A model generated the notes under the pieces. That model saw only the letters and a program-made list of their open reading frames with translations, had not been told where the DNA came from and searched no databases. A program made the position numbers and the translations under genes. Source: a virus (taxonomy: Duplodnaviria; Caudoviricetes). From it: a stretch of DNA of 58,085 nt. The stretch spans positions 1 to 58,085 of IMG/VR virus record IMGVR_UViG_3300037840_000047; one strand, given 5' to 3'. Shown here one piece after another: positions 1 to 9,009 of this stretch. The first letter of the stretch is position 1, and the number at the start of each line of letters is the position of its first letter.

Positions 1-107
1 GGTAGGGCCCCCTGGTAGGTTCGGAAAGGTTGTCCAGGGTAGGGGGGGGGCGGGATGGCATTGACTCCTTCTAGCCCACTCGATTTAGAAAAAATTAGAA
101 AAAGTAG

Positions 108-135
108 TTGACACCATAGTGCCATGTGGTACTAT
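108..135 (+). promoter_or_regulatory. sigma70-like promoter, probably giving a leaderless transcript
   Basis: TTGACA(108-113)-16 nt-TACTAT(130-135) with an extended -10 TG and upstream A-tracts. An in-frame GTG lies at 142. Confidence 0.65.
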
Positions 136-141
136 AGGCCC

Positions 142-522
142 GTGGTAATCCAGAAGATTCCGGCACTACGGTGCCACTGTGAGGTATGCGGCCATGAGTG
201 GATCTCAGAAGTCGAGCCGAGGCGATGTGCGAGATGTAAAAGTCGCCGATGGCATCTTGGCCGAGGAGTTGGAGAAGATAAGGCTACGGCTGCTGCGAGA
301 AGTTCAGGAGTCGCTGATAATCACGGAATCAAACCTCCTCGGGGCGGAAATGAAACTTACGGAGGCACGGTGTCGGTGGGATGCACTAAAAGCTCAGGAA
401 CAATATCTGACGGAAGTAAGGTGGACTCCCCGGCTTGTCCGGACTGTGGTAAAACGATGCTCGTAAACGTCAAGATGAAGCGATGGGACTGTGAGTGCGG
501 GTTCCAGATGAGGGCAAAATGA
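142..522 (+). CDS. zinc-ribbon protein
   Basis: CEVC, CARC, CPDC and CEC motifs. GTG 142 chosen because it fits the promoter. Confidence 0.6.
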   Translation: MVIQKIPALRCHCEVCGHEWISEVEPRRCARCKSRRWHLGRGVGEDKATAAARSSGVADNHGIKPPRGGNETYGGTVSVGCTKSSGTISDGSKVDSPACPDCGKTMLVNVKMKRWDCECGFQMRAK

Positions 523-626
523 GCTATCTTCTGATACTAGTGTTGATGCTTGGGTTTTGGCATAAGCCCTGGGTTGTAACGTGCCACACCACTACTTGTA
601 ATCCTTTGTCGAGCACCAGAAAATGA
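519..626 (+). CDS. small hydrophobic peptide (35 aa)
   Basis: MSYLLILVLMLGFWHKPW...; ATGA overlaps with both neighbours. Confidence 0.4.
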   Translation: MSYLLILVLMLGFWHKPWVVTCHTTTCNPLSSTRK

Positions 627-1144
627 CGCCTCCTCCCTACACCTTCTTTTGCCGAGAGTGCGGACCTTCCGAGGCCCCCTGTAAGCATTTTCTCGATCAT
701 GAGATCATTCGGCTCTTGAAAGAGGAGATGCGGTTTAATCGGGGCGCTCTGCTAGAAATTCTGCACGACATAAAAACTCTGCTCAATCGTCCGCAATCGG
801 CTACACTCAGACTGCAACCAGACCAACCCTTTCTTTTAGGAGAAAAACAAATGCCAGCAACGATTTTGGTAGGCGGGACAGCGAGTTCGCTGTTTCAAGA
901 GTACACGGGGCCGAACGGTACGGGGACAATCGTTCCTAATGCCGGAGCGCCTGCGTTCACGTCCTCAAACACCGCAGTAGCGACGGTCGATCCGGCAAGC
1001 GGAGTAGTGACCGGAGTTTCTGCGGGGCAGGCCACAATCACCGGAGACGACCCGGCAAACAACCTATCAGCCTCGGACACGATCACCGTCAACGCTCCGA
1101 GTGTCACCGCAGTTTCGGCAACCTTGACTCTCACAGCCAATTGA
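623..1144 (+). CDS. Ig-like (Big_2-type) domain protein; likely internal start at 851
   Basis: FTSSNTAVATVDPASGVVTGVSAGQATIT is the Big_2 signature. AGGAG RBS precedes ATG 851. Confidence 0.75.
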   Translation: MTPPPYTFFCRECGPSEAPCKHFLDHEIIRLLKEEMRFNRGALLEILHDIKTLLNRPQSATLRLQPDQPFLLGEKQMPATILVGGTASSLFQEYTGPNGTGTIVPNAGAPAFTSSNTAVATVDPASGVVTGVSAGQATITGDDPANNLSASDTITVNAPSVTAVSATLTLTAN

Positions 1145-1149
1145 GGGCA

Positions 1150-1506
1150 ATGATGAAAAAGTACCTGATTTACGGTGGTATCTTGCTGGCGGGGGCGGGG
1201 GCAGGAGGTGGGTTTTACGCTCACCGCACTGCTTCCCCTTCGCCATATTCTTGCACTGCTGGACAAAACGAGCAGTGCGCCTCCGATCAGTGGTATCAGG
1301 ATTACGAACGCTTCGTTGCCTTGCGGACGGAATTGAATCCCAAGCCCAAACTCACGGCGGACCAGGTTCGGCAGAAAACTGACGAGATGCAAGGGATTTT
1401 GAACCGGCTTCGCATTGACGCTCCTTCGGGGTTCGATTGGGACGAAAAGAAGCTCAGGTTCGTGAAGCGTCCGTCACCGCCTCCTCCCCCAGTCCCGGTA
1501 AAGTGA
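1150..1506 (+). CDS. membrane-anchored or secreted protein
   Basis: MKKYLIYGGILLAGAGAGGGFYA N-terminus and Pro-rich C-terminus. Confidence 0.6.
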   Translation: MMKKYLIYGGILLAGAGAGGGFYAHRTASPSPYSCTAGQNEQCASDQWYQDYERFVALRTELNPKPKLTADQVRQKTDEMQGILNRLRIDAPSGFDWDEKKLRFVKRPSPPPPPVPVK

Positions 1507-1745
1507 AACGCTGGGAGCGCCGGGCTGAGAAGTGGAAACGATTTCGGCGGCGATTTAAGTTTTCACAGACTAGGCTCGGCGCTGTTCTAGGGATTACGCG
1601 GGAGACGGTTTCACATATCGAGACTGGGCGGCACGAACCGTATAAGAGAACGATTCGTAAGTTTGAGACACTGTGGAGGAAATATGCCGGAGAAAGTTCT
1701 AGCTTTAGCATTAAGCGGCGAAGAAGTCAGAAAGGCGATCTGTGA
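1503..1745 (+). CDS. XRE-family HTH regulator
   Basis: FSQTRLGAVLGITRETVSHIETGRHEP; GTG overlaps the upstream stop. Confidence 0.8.
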   Translation: MKRWERRAEKWKRFRRRFKFSQTRLGAVLGITRETVSHIETGRHEPYKRTIRKFETLWRKYAGESSSFSIKRRRSQKGDL

Positions 1746-2079
1746 CCGCCTCGATCAGGTTCTCGCGAAGGACTGCCGCCTGACACCAGAGAAAGCCTAC
1801 CAGTTCTTTGAGGCAAAGGTCTCAGTTCACATCGAATGCACCGACGTAGGAAGAATTGAAGTCATCGACCAAGAGGTTCCTGCAACCTATGGTGAGCCGG
1901 ACGAAAACGAGGCCCTCGACAAGTTCGATGCGGAGTTCCAGATGGAGCCAAAGCCCCCGAATGAGATCAGGGTGGAGTCTGGGCAGGGGGTTCCAGTGCA
2001 AACGAGAGAATCTGACGGGAAATCGACCGAGAAGCGAATCCGGTACTCGCGCAATAGTTTGGAGAAGGCGAAGGCGTAA
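1684..2079 (+). CDS. hypothetical protein
   Basis: GGAGG RBS; abuts the next ORF. Confidence 0.65.
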   Translation: MPEKVLALALSGEEVRKAICDRLDQVLAKDCRLTPEKAYQFFEAKVSVHIECTDVGRIEVIDQEVPATYGEPDENEALDKFDAEFQMEPKPPNEIRVESGQGVPVQTRESDGKSTEKRIRYSRNSLEKAKA

Positions 2080-2387
2080 TGACCCCGGAAGAACAAATAG
2101 CAGACGCATTGACACGGCTGGCTATAATAGCGGAGAAGTGGTTCGCGGTAGCGTATGCCCCAAGACGAAACCCCCTCGACGCCAGAGATGTCCACATTAC
2201 TTCCATCCCCACTGCCGATGAATCCCTACGCCAAGCCCAAGGCCAAACAGGGGAAGCGACGACGGAAGAATGGATTGGCAGCCGAGAGCAACGCCTGCTG
2301 GATGAAAGTGCCAAAGAACCCAAAACCGTCCAGCCTGGAAAAAAGACGAAACGACGCACTGCGAAGGCTGAAAGTAAGTCAGTCTGA
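2079..2387 (+). CDS. hypothetical protein
   Basis: TAATG coupling with the upstream ORF. Confidence 0.55.
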   Translation: MTPEEQIADALTRLAIIAEKWFAVAYAPRRNPLDARDVHITSIPTADESLRQAQGQTGEATTEEWIGSREQRLLDESAKEPKTVQPGKKTKRRTAKAESKSV

Positions 2388-2937
2388 TCTCTCCGCCTCC
2401 CCGAGCATTGACGACATCCTGAAGCAAACACCACGCGGCAAAAACATCGCTATCGAAGCTCTGCGTTTCTCGCAAGAACCCCTCGCCATAGCCTTCCTAG
2501 AAAAGTACGACTCTATCCCGGAGCGCGACCGCAGAGAACTTCCTTTTGAGGCAATCGGAATAGCGGCGAATCTTGATCTCAAGACGCTGCTCGGGGAAAT
2601 CATGCTGGCGATCAGGGAGCACTCTGTAACCTCGGTAAAACTGATTGCCATCGCTGCCCACCCGAAGATCACGAAGGCGCGTGTTAAGTTTGCCAAGCAA
2701 CCGGGAGGATTCAGGGACCGCGACAAGCTGGATGAGATGCTAGGGGCAATCAAGCCCACGGCAGGGCCTACATTCATCGGAAAAGCATTCTTCGGGCGTG
2801 GTGGAGATGAAGGCCCAGAAGAAGATCAGTCGAGCGAAAAATTAGCAGACGATCTCGATTACGTTTTCCCTGATGTGTCCATCATGCAGGCCAAAATCCA
2901 GCCAATGCGCCAGAAGGTTCTAGAAGCGGGGAAATAG
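2302..2937 (+). CDS. candidate terminase small subunit (start uncertain)
   Basis: Helical protein immediately upstream of terL; assigned by position only. Confidence 0.45.
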   Translation: MKVPKNPKPSSLEKRRNDALRRLKVSQSDLSASPSIDDILKQTPRGKNIAIEALRFSQEPLAIAFLEKYDSIPERDRRELPFEAIGIAANLDLKTLLGEIMLAIREHSVTSVKLIAIAAHPKITKARVKFAKQPGGFRDRDKLDEMLGAIKPTAGPTFIGKAFFGRGGDEGPEEDQSSEKLADDLDYVFPDVSIMQAKIQPMRQKVLEAGK

Positions 2938-2939
2938 CC

Positions 2940-5081
2940 ACGTACTCCGAAAAGATCATCGTCTCCAACCTCGCAGAGTTTGCACGCCGGGAACATTGGG
3001 AGCCTGTCTATCATTCGATTGAGCAGGTCCAGGAATTTACCGAGTACATCGAATCAATCACCAAAAAAGATACCAACGGCCGAAACATGCGGATTGAGTT
3101 CAACCGCGAGATCAAGGCAAAACGTGCCAAGGAAATCCGCCGCTGGATAGAAAACGAGCAAGTCCTATGCTGCCTAGATTCTGGGTATTACGAGCGCAAT
3201 TACGCATGGATTTGCGACGAAAAGGGCGACATCTATAAGTTCTCAAACCGTAAAGCTCAGGAAGTCTACGACAACATCATTGCAGACTTTGACGACGATC
3301 AGGTTGCAATCGAACTATTCATCCTGAAGGCGAGGCAGCAAGGCATTACCACCAAGACAGCCCTGAAGTTTCTGCACAGAATGTTGTTTCTGCCGCATAC
3401 ACAGGCCGTCATGGGTTCGGTCGATGAGAAAAAATCAGAACTGATTACTCGCATCATAGAGACCTGCATCTCGAAAACTCCGTGGTGGCTTCTGCCTGAA
3501 AGAACGACCGACCGAATCAAGATGATTGGATTCATCAACGGCTCGATTCTTTCTGTGCAGTCTGGCTCGCAGGCAACGGGCATCGCGCAAGGCTGGACTC
3601 CGACGTGCGTTCATATTTCAGAAATTGGCGACATACCGAATCCTAAAAAGACGCTTGAGGAAGGACTACTTCGTGCCACACATCCTACTCGCAAACTTTT
3701 CCAAGTCTGGGAAGGTACTGGTTCTGGAAACACTGGCTATCAGGCGGACAAGTGGCGTGCGGCGAAAGAAGACTGGCCGCTCGGGAAGTCGAGGCTCTGC
3801 CCCGTATTCATTCCTTGGCCGATGGCCCCCGATCTCTACCCAGAAGCAGACTGGATTAGGAAGTTCCCCGTTCCCGCAGGATTCAAGCCACTCGAAGTAA
3901 CGCGCAAGCATGTGCAGCGCTGTGAACTGTTCATTCACTCGACTCCGTATCTCGCAAAGGTCGCAGGCAAGAACTGGAAGATGCCCGTAGAGCAACAGTG
4001 GTTCTGGGAGTTCAATTACCTCGAAGCTGCAAAGTCGCATACCCAGAAAGTATGGCTCTCACAGATGCCAGCAGACGACTACGAAGCCCTCCAGGGCAAG
4101 AACGATCTCGTATTCGACAGCATTGTGCTCGATACCGCAAGGCAGGACCGCGCCCGAGGATATACGGTATACGCCATAACTGGAGACTCCATAGACGACG
4201 GCTTTGAGCCAGACGAAACGCAGATCGACTACGACAAGGAAAGAATCCGCGTGGTGTGGAATTCTCACCGTGGGCAGAGATTCGAGTGGGTCATGGTCCC
4301 GCTACTGCCTTTCGAGGAAGAAGATGAGCGCAAGGCCCTCGACAAAGTGCTGATCTTCGAGGAACCAAACATGGCTCCCGGTCGAGAGGGAGATGCGGAA
4401 GATTACTCTATCGGCATTGACACAGCAGATGGCCTCGGCCACGAAGACGAGGAACGATCCGCACTGGAAATCACTCGCAGCATGACGGGCGAGAATGTAG
4501 ACGTGCAGTGCGCGGAGTTGTGCTCGAATCGGATTAACGCCCCGCAGATGGTTGGATTCGCAGCTTGCCTCGCGGCATGGTATGGGCAGAACACAAAAGA
4601 CCCGCGTGGATGCAAGTTTGCCATTGAGCAGAGAATGAGGGCTGGCGACGATTGCCAGCTTCAACTCAAGCTCATGGGATTCAACTTCCACCACATCGAC
4701 ACCCGCTACGACAACAAAGAATTGAAGGAAAACAAGGGCACAAAGCAGGGATGGTTCTCGAATGCGTGGAGCGTGCCGCTACTCGTTAACCGCTTCGTGG
4801 ATGCAGTGAACAACGGCTGGTACAAAATCAACTCCCCATTTCTAATCAGGGAACTTTCCTCGCTTGAGCGAAAGGTCGTCGCTTCCGGGAAAAGCAAGAT
4901 GGAACATCAGAGCGGTAAATTCGATGATCGCTTCCGCGCAGCCGCGCAGAGTTTTTTTACCCGCCACGCCTTCGACGTGTTAGCAGATAGGGCGCAGCGC
5001 CGATACGCACCCCCTTTGGCACAAAAACCGCCCCTAGATTTAGATTGGTGTCGCACTTCGGAGATGAGTGTGGGAGAATAG
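2940..5081 (+). CDS. terL: terminase large subunit
   Basis: Walker A LKARQQGITT, Walker B VHISEIG, RNase H-like motifs IGIDTADG and KFDDRF. The frame is open from ACG 2940; the first ATG is at 3087. Confidence 0.9.
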   Translation, partial: TYSEKIIVSNLAEFARREHWEPVYHSIEQVQEFTEYIESITKKDTNGRNMRIEFNREIKAKRAKEIRRWIENEQVLCCLDSGYYERNYAWICDEKGDIYKFSNRKAQEVYDNIIADFDDDQVAIELFILKARQQGITTKTALKFLHRMLFLPHTQAVMGSVDEKKSELITRIIETCISKTPWWLLPERTTDRIKMIGFINGSILSVQSGSQATGIAQGWTPTCVHISEIGDIPNPKKTLEEGLLRATHPTRKLFQVWEGTGSGNTGYQADKWRAAKEDWPLGKSRLCPVFIPWPMAPDLYPEADWIRKFPVPAGFKPLEVTRKHVQRCELFIHSTPYLAKVAGKNWKMPVEQQWFWEFNYLEAAKSHTQKVWLSQMPADDYEALQGKNDLVFDSIVLDTARQDRARGYTVYAITGDSIDDGFEPDETQIDYDKERIRVVWNSHRGQRFEWVMVPLLPFEEEDERKALDKVLIFEEPNMAPGREGDAEDYSIGIDTADGLGHEDEERSALEITRSMTGENVDVQCAELCSNRINAPQMVGFAACLAAWYGQNTKDPRGCKFAIEQRMRAGDDCQLQLKLMGFNFHHIDTRYDNKELKENKGTKQGWFSNAWSVPLLVNRFVDAVNNGWYKINSPFLIRELSSLERKVVASGKSKMEHQSGKFDDRFRAAAQSFFTRHAFDVLADRAQRRYAPPLAQKPPLDLDWCRTSEMSVGE

Positions 5082-5086
5082 GTCCG

Positions 5087-5542
5087 ATGAAAACATTCAG
5101 GCTAATAAAACCTCATCTGTCCCCAGTGATCATATCTAGATTCTGGGATAAGGTCGAAAAGTCTCAAGGCTGTTGGACGTGGAATGCTTGCCGTCTTCCG
5201 AATGGATACGGGCAAATGAACGTCGGCGGTGGATTGAAGCTGTACGCGCACAGAATATCCTATGTTCTGGTGAATGGAGAAATCCCAGAGGGAAAGGACT
5301 TAGATCACCTGTGTAGAAATAGGGCCTGCGTAAATCCAATCCACCTGGAGGCTGTGAGCAGGAAAGAAAATCTATTGCGCGGTGAGACAATCCCCGCAGC
5401 TTTTGCTAATCGAGATTCATGTGTCAACGGTCATCTCTTGACTGGGAGCAACGTCTATTCTGCTGGCGGATACCGTTCATGTAGAGAGTGCCATAAACTA
5501 CGCGAGCAAAAGCGCCGCGATAGAATAAAGGCAGCAGCATGA
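5087..5542 (+). CDS. HNH homing endonuclease
   Basis: CWTW...YG...AHRISY...LDHLCRNRACVNPIHLEAVSRKEN, followed by a CVNGH...CRECH zinc module. Confidence 0.9.
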   Translation: MKTFRLIKPHLSPVIISRFWDKVEKSQGCWTWNACRLPNGYGQMNVGGGLKLYAHRISYVLVNGEIPEGKDLDHLCRNRACVNPIHLEAVSRKENLLRGETIPAAFANRDSCVNGHLLTGSNVYSAGGYRSCRECHKLREQKRRDRIKAAA

Positions 5543-5964
5543 GCACTTTATTCATTCCACGCCGCATCGCACGACCTGCGCAGAAGCCGAAAATGGTTTT
5601 CTGGCACCAGCCCAAAACGGGATTTTTGATGTGCCCACCCTCCCCGATAGCCCCACCCCCACAGGGATTCCAGAAAATAGAGTGCCAGAATGCCGCTGAA
5701 GTCGATATGTGGTCTCGCAGGTTACGGAGGCAGGAAAAACGACTTCACGAGATGAGCGAGGCGGAACGCTTTGAGTATGAAGGCCGAATCCAATCCGACA
5801 TCATCGAAGAAATGAAGAAGTGCCTCGCGGCCTCGAACGATACCCTCAATCGGGAATTCATGGCTTACTTCATCAGACTTGCAGAAGAAAAACGCGAGAA
5901 GCGACGAATGGAAGTAATTGAGACGTTTATGCACTGCGAAGCCTCAGAAGGAGTGGCCCCATGA
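5539..5964 (+). CDS. hypothetical protein
   Basis: ATGA coupled ORF between terL and portal. Confidence 0.65.
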   Translation: MSTLFIPRRIARPAQKPKMVFWHQPKTGFLMCPPSPIAPPPQGFQKIECQNAAEVDMWSRRLRRQEKRLHEMSEAERFEYEGRIQSDIIEEMKKCLAASNDTLNREFMAYFIRLAEEKREKRRMEVIETFMHCEASEGVAP

Positions 5965-6074
5965 AGAAACGAGTTAGTGCCCGTAAGGATTTCAAGATCG
6001 CAACTGGCAATGGGAAACTAAGCGTTGCCAAGCATTCAGCAGTTAAGGGCGGGAAGAAATCTCGTAAACGTTAA
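5961..6074 (+). CDS. small basic protein (37 aa)
   Basis: MKKRVSARKDFKIATGNGKLSVAKHSAVKGGKKSRKR; AAGGAG RBS; fills the gap up to the portal start exactly. Confidence 0.6.
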   Translation: MKKRVSARKDFKIATGNGKLSVAKHSAVKGGKKSRKR

Positions 6075-8174
6075 ATGCCCCGCACGGAACAACTCGCTAC
6101 TTCGTGGCAAGTCCCTAGTTTTGATGCTCCGGGAGATGTTCGTCAGGCATGGGTTGAGGAGCAACTGGAAGAAGGCGAAGGCTGGCTATCCAACCAGAGG
6201 GCCTACAAAGACCTCGCCCGTAACATAAAAATCTTCGACGCAATATTCGAGGACGGAACCAAGTCCACGCTAGTCTCAAACGAACTCAAGTACAACATCA
6301 GGAAATTCATCGAGACGATCTCAGAAGTCCGCGAGATTGGCAGCTACGGCTCCGATGCCAAACAGTTCAAGCCCTACGCGGAGATGATCAACAAGGTTGC
6401 GAAGGGCGTTTACATCGAATCTCAATTCCCTCGGCAAATCAGGAAGGCCCTACAGTTCGCTACCGTCATGGGGCGGGGTTACATCTGGCCCAAGTGCAAA
6501 ACTACAGAGTACGGTTACGGAGAGCGCCAGATTGTTTTTGAACCTCTCGGCCCCCTCGATGTAGTCCCAGTGCAAATTCCCTCCGACAACGATGTGCAGA
6601 AGTCCTACGTCGTAACGATCTTCGAGTACATGCCGATTGCCGAGGCCCATGCCAAGTTCCCGCTATTCCAGTCTCAACTCTTGCCGATCAGCGGAGTCAG
6701 TTATCAGTCCCGCGTGCAGGCAAGGCGCGTGGATTACGCCGAGAAGTTCCGTTACGGCGAGCAGAATAGAAACTGGGGGAACCTGTATTGCGAGATTCGC
6801 CGCACGTTCATTCGTGACTTGCGGTTGAATATCGTTCCCAAGGGACGAAAGACGGGCATGGAAATTCCGATGGGAGAACCCGGTACGACATGGTTCTACA
6901 CAGTTCCTTGGGTTGGGCAGGAAATTGTTGGCGGAATCCGCGATGGCAAACCCTACATGCGGAAAGCCACGAATGAGGACTGCCGCATCTATCCATTCCT
7001 CCGGCAGATCATTACTAGCCGAGACATGAAGCAGCCAATGTACGACGGACCTGCGTTTGATTGGCATGGCTGTATTCCGCCCGTGCAATACGACGTAGAC
7101 GACTGGGCATGGGAAGGCATGGGGCGCTCTCTAGTGCAGGATGTTGGCTCCATCGAAATGACGAAGCGCAAGCATGAGCGCAAGATGGACCAAGTTCTGA
7201 CGACGAAAATGAACCCGCCTCTCGGCTACGACCGAACCGCCACAGGCGGACCAAAGATCGAGAACTTCGACATCTTCGGAGAGAACACAAGAGCTGGACT
7301 GGACGGCAAGCCGAAAGACGTTCTGCAATCGCTTCTTCCTGATGAAGTTCGCGTGGACGCCGAAAACTTCAAGTTCCTTGAAATGCTCTCCGCAATGGAG
7401 AAAACGCAGCTCGGAATCAATGACCTGGGCGGACTTGCTGCCCTGAAGATGAACATCACAGGCGAGAATATAGACAAAGCACTTGAGCCTATTGGACCTA
7501 TCGCCAAAGGAATCGCCGCAGGCATGGAAGCGGCGAACGCCAAAGTTGCTTACATGCTGAAGTTTATGATCCCGCAGTGGTTCGACACTAAGCGAATCAT
7601 CGAGTACATCGGCCCTGACAACGTTACGCCTGACGTGTTCGATCTCGACCCGAATTCAATGATTCCGAGCCACATGCCCGATGAGTACAAAAACGCCAAA
7701 CTCCCATTTGAGGGCGAAGGCGACAACATGCGGGTGATTCCCTCGTACTATCCGATGCTCGAAAGAGCTAGGCGCTTTGCCAAGAATCTTCGTTTGATTT
7801 CCGTGCCGAGCACGTTGCTCAAGATTACGCAGCAGCAGGAGCAGTTGAAGTTGATGACCCTGAAACGCCAGAACGCTCCGATTGGATGGTGCGACATTCT
7901 TCCTAAGTTGGGCGTGGACAACTACGGTAGCGTCAAAGGCGATACGGTGCGGGAGCGGTGGATGAATGAGGAGTTGGAAAACATCAAGTTCAAGATCGAG
8001 GAAGCGAAACTTGCAGCGGCGGCAGGAATCGACCTAGGCGGGGGCGGAGAAAAGGGTGGCGGCAAGGGCCAAGGAAAAGGTGGAGGACGACCTGCCAGCG
8101 GGAAGAAAGGGCCACAGCAATACCAGAAGGGCGGAGCAGGCGGCGATCCTCGCACAGGAATTAAGGAGAGCTGA
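6075..8174 (+). CDS. portal protein
   Basis: 699 aa, lies after terL and before scaffold/capsid, has a G/K-rich flexible C-terminal tail. Confidence 0.75.
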   Translation: MPRTEQLATSWQVPSFDAPGDVRQAWVEEQLEEGEGWLSNQRAYKDLARNIKIFDAIFEDGTKSTLVSNELKYNIRKFIETISEVREIGSYGSDAKQFKPYAEMINKVAKGVYIESQFPRQIRKALQFATVMGRGYIWPKCKTTEYGYGERQIVFEPLGPLDVVPVQIPSDNDVQKSYVVTIFEYMPIAEAHAKFPLFQSQLLPISGVSYQSRVQARRVDYAEKFRYGEQNRNWGNLYCEIRRTFIRDLRLNIVPKGRKTGMEIPMGEPGTTWFYTVPWVGQEIVGGIRDGKPYMRKATNEDCRIYPFLRQIITSRDMKQPMYDGPAFDWHGCIPPVQYDVDDWAWEGMGRSLVQDVGSIEMTKRKHERKMDQVLTTKMNPPLGYDRTATGGPKIENFDIFGENTRAGLDGKPKDVLQSLLPDEVRVDAENFKFLEMLSAMEKTQLGINDLGGLAALKMNITGENIDKALEPIGPIAKGIAAGMEAANAKVAYMLKFMIPQWFDTKRIIEYIGPDNVTPDVFDLDPNSMIPSHMPDEYKNAKLPFEGEGDNMRVIPSYYPMLERARRFAKNLRLISVPSTLLKITQQQEQLKLMTLKRQNAPIGWCDILPKLGVDNYGSVKGDTVRERWMNEELENIKFKIEEAKLAAAAGIDLGGGGEKGGGKGQGKGGGRPASGKKGPQQYQKGGAGGDPRTGIKES

Positions 8175-8404
8175 TGCCAGATGAGGAGTTGGTCAAAGTG
8201 AACGTAGACTTCGTTGTTACGGAAACTACAGTCGATGCCAAAATCCCGGTAGAGAAAATAGTGTCTTGGCTGCGTAAACAGAAGGCGACGGGACTGCTGC
8301 AATTCCACATTTCTCAAGGCGGAGTGCAGAAGGTTTCTCTCACGGAGCGCACGAAGGTAGGCGAAGAAAAGCGCCAAAAGGTGCGCGGCTTACTCGGCAT
8401 CTGA
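8174..8404 (+). CDS. hypothetical protein
   Basis: AAGGAG RBS and TGATG coupling. Confidence 0.65.
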   Translation: MPDEELVKVNVDFVVTETTVDAKIPVEKIVSWLRKQKATGLLQFHISQGGVQKVSLTERTKVGEEKRQKVRGLLGI

Positions 8405-8413
8405 AAATAGTAG

Positions 8414-8443
8414 TTGACAGGCTCATTGCGGTAGGAGTATTTG
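8414..8443 (+). promoter_or_regulatory. putative promoter for the head operon
   Basis: AGTAGTTGACA, identical to the -35 context at 103-113; the -10 is ambiguous. Confidence 0.45.
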
Positions 8444-8480
8444 TTTCATTGAGATTCTCCTCGCGCCCTCCGGGAATGCG

Positions 8481-8518
8481 AAAGGCTCAGGCTGAAAAGG
8501 CTTGAGCCTTTTCTGTTT
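8481..8518 (+). terminator. intrinsic terminator
   Basis: AAAGGCTCAGGC-TGAAAAG-GCTTGAGCCTTT followed by TCTGTTT. Confidence 0.75.
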
Positions 8519-8532
8519 GCAAAGGAGACGCA

Positions 8533-8706
8533 ATGGCAAAGCGGAAGTCAAAGCGACTGAAACTTGTCGGCGTCAATCCAAAAAACGAGACGGAGGATGT
8601 CATGGCGCGTGGAAAAAAGCACGTCAAGATTCACGGCGGCAAAAAGGGTCGCGGCAAAAAGGGTCGCGGCAAGCGGCGTGGTGGGAAGCGCGGTCGTCGG
8701 AAGTAG
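8533..8706 (+). CDS. protamine-like basic protein (57 aa; internal start 8602)
   Basis: MAKRKSKRLK...MARGKKHVKIHGGKKGRGKKGRGKRRGGKRGRRK; RBS AAGGAG before 8533 and GGAGG before 8602. Confidence 0.7.
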   Translation: MAKRKSKRLKLVGVNPKNETEDVMARGKKHVKIHGGKKGRGKKGRGKRRGGKRGRRK

Positions 8707-8712
8707 CTTCTG

Positions 8713-9000
8713 ATGGCAGCGAGTCCACAACCCGAGATTCAGGGCACAAGCCCTGCTAACCAAACCGGAGGCGGCGACCCCGCCTCCGGTGCACAACCCG
8801 GTGGTCAGCCATCGCAAGCCCCGGCAAATCCCAGTCAAATCATGCTGGCCCAGATGTATCAACTCTGTAAGCGACTTTCCGAGCAAGACCCTACGCTGGC
8901 ACCTGGCTTGGCGAAGGCCGCGCAGGGAATTCAGGAAGCGCAGACGGCGATGGTGACGCAGCCGCAGCCGCCTCCGACAGGGGCGAACCCGCCTCAGTAA
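8713..9000 (+). CDS. Gln/Pro-rich head-region protein
   Basis: 95-aa ORF in the head operon. Confidence 0.65.
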   Translation: MAASPQPEIQGTSPANQTGGGDPASGAQPGGQPSQAPANPSQIMLAQMYQLCKRLSEQDPTLAPGLAKAAQGIQEAQTAMVTQPQPPPTGANPPQ

Positions 9001-9009
9001 AGGAACACT

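Noticed and set aside
8502-8759. 85-aa ORF in the track, and likewise 13400-13702
   Set aside because: Both start within or before terminators. Alternative frames with strong RBSs encode the small basic proteins.
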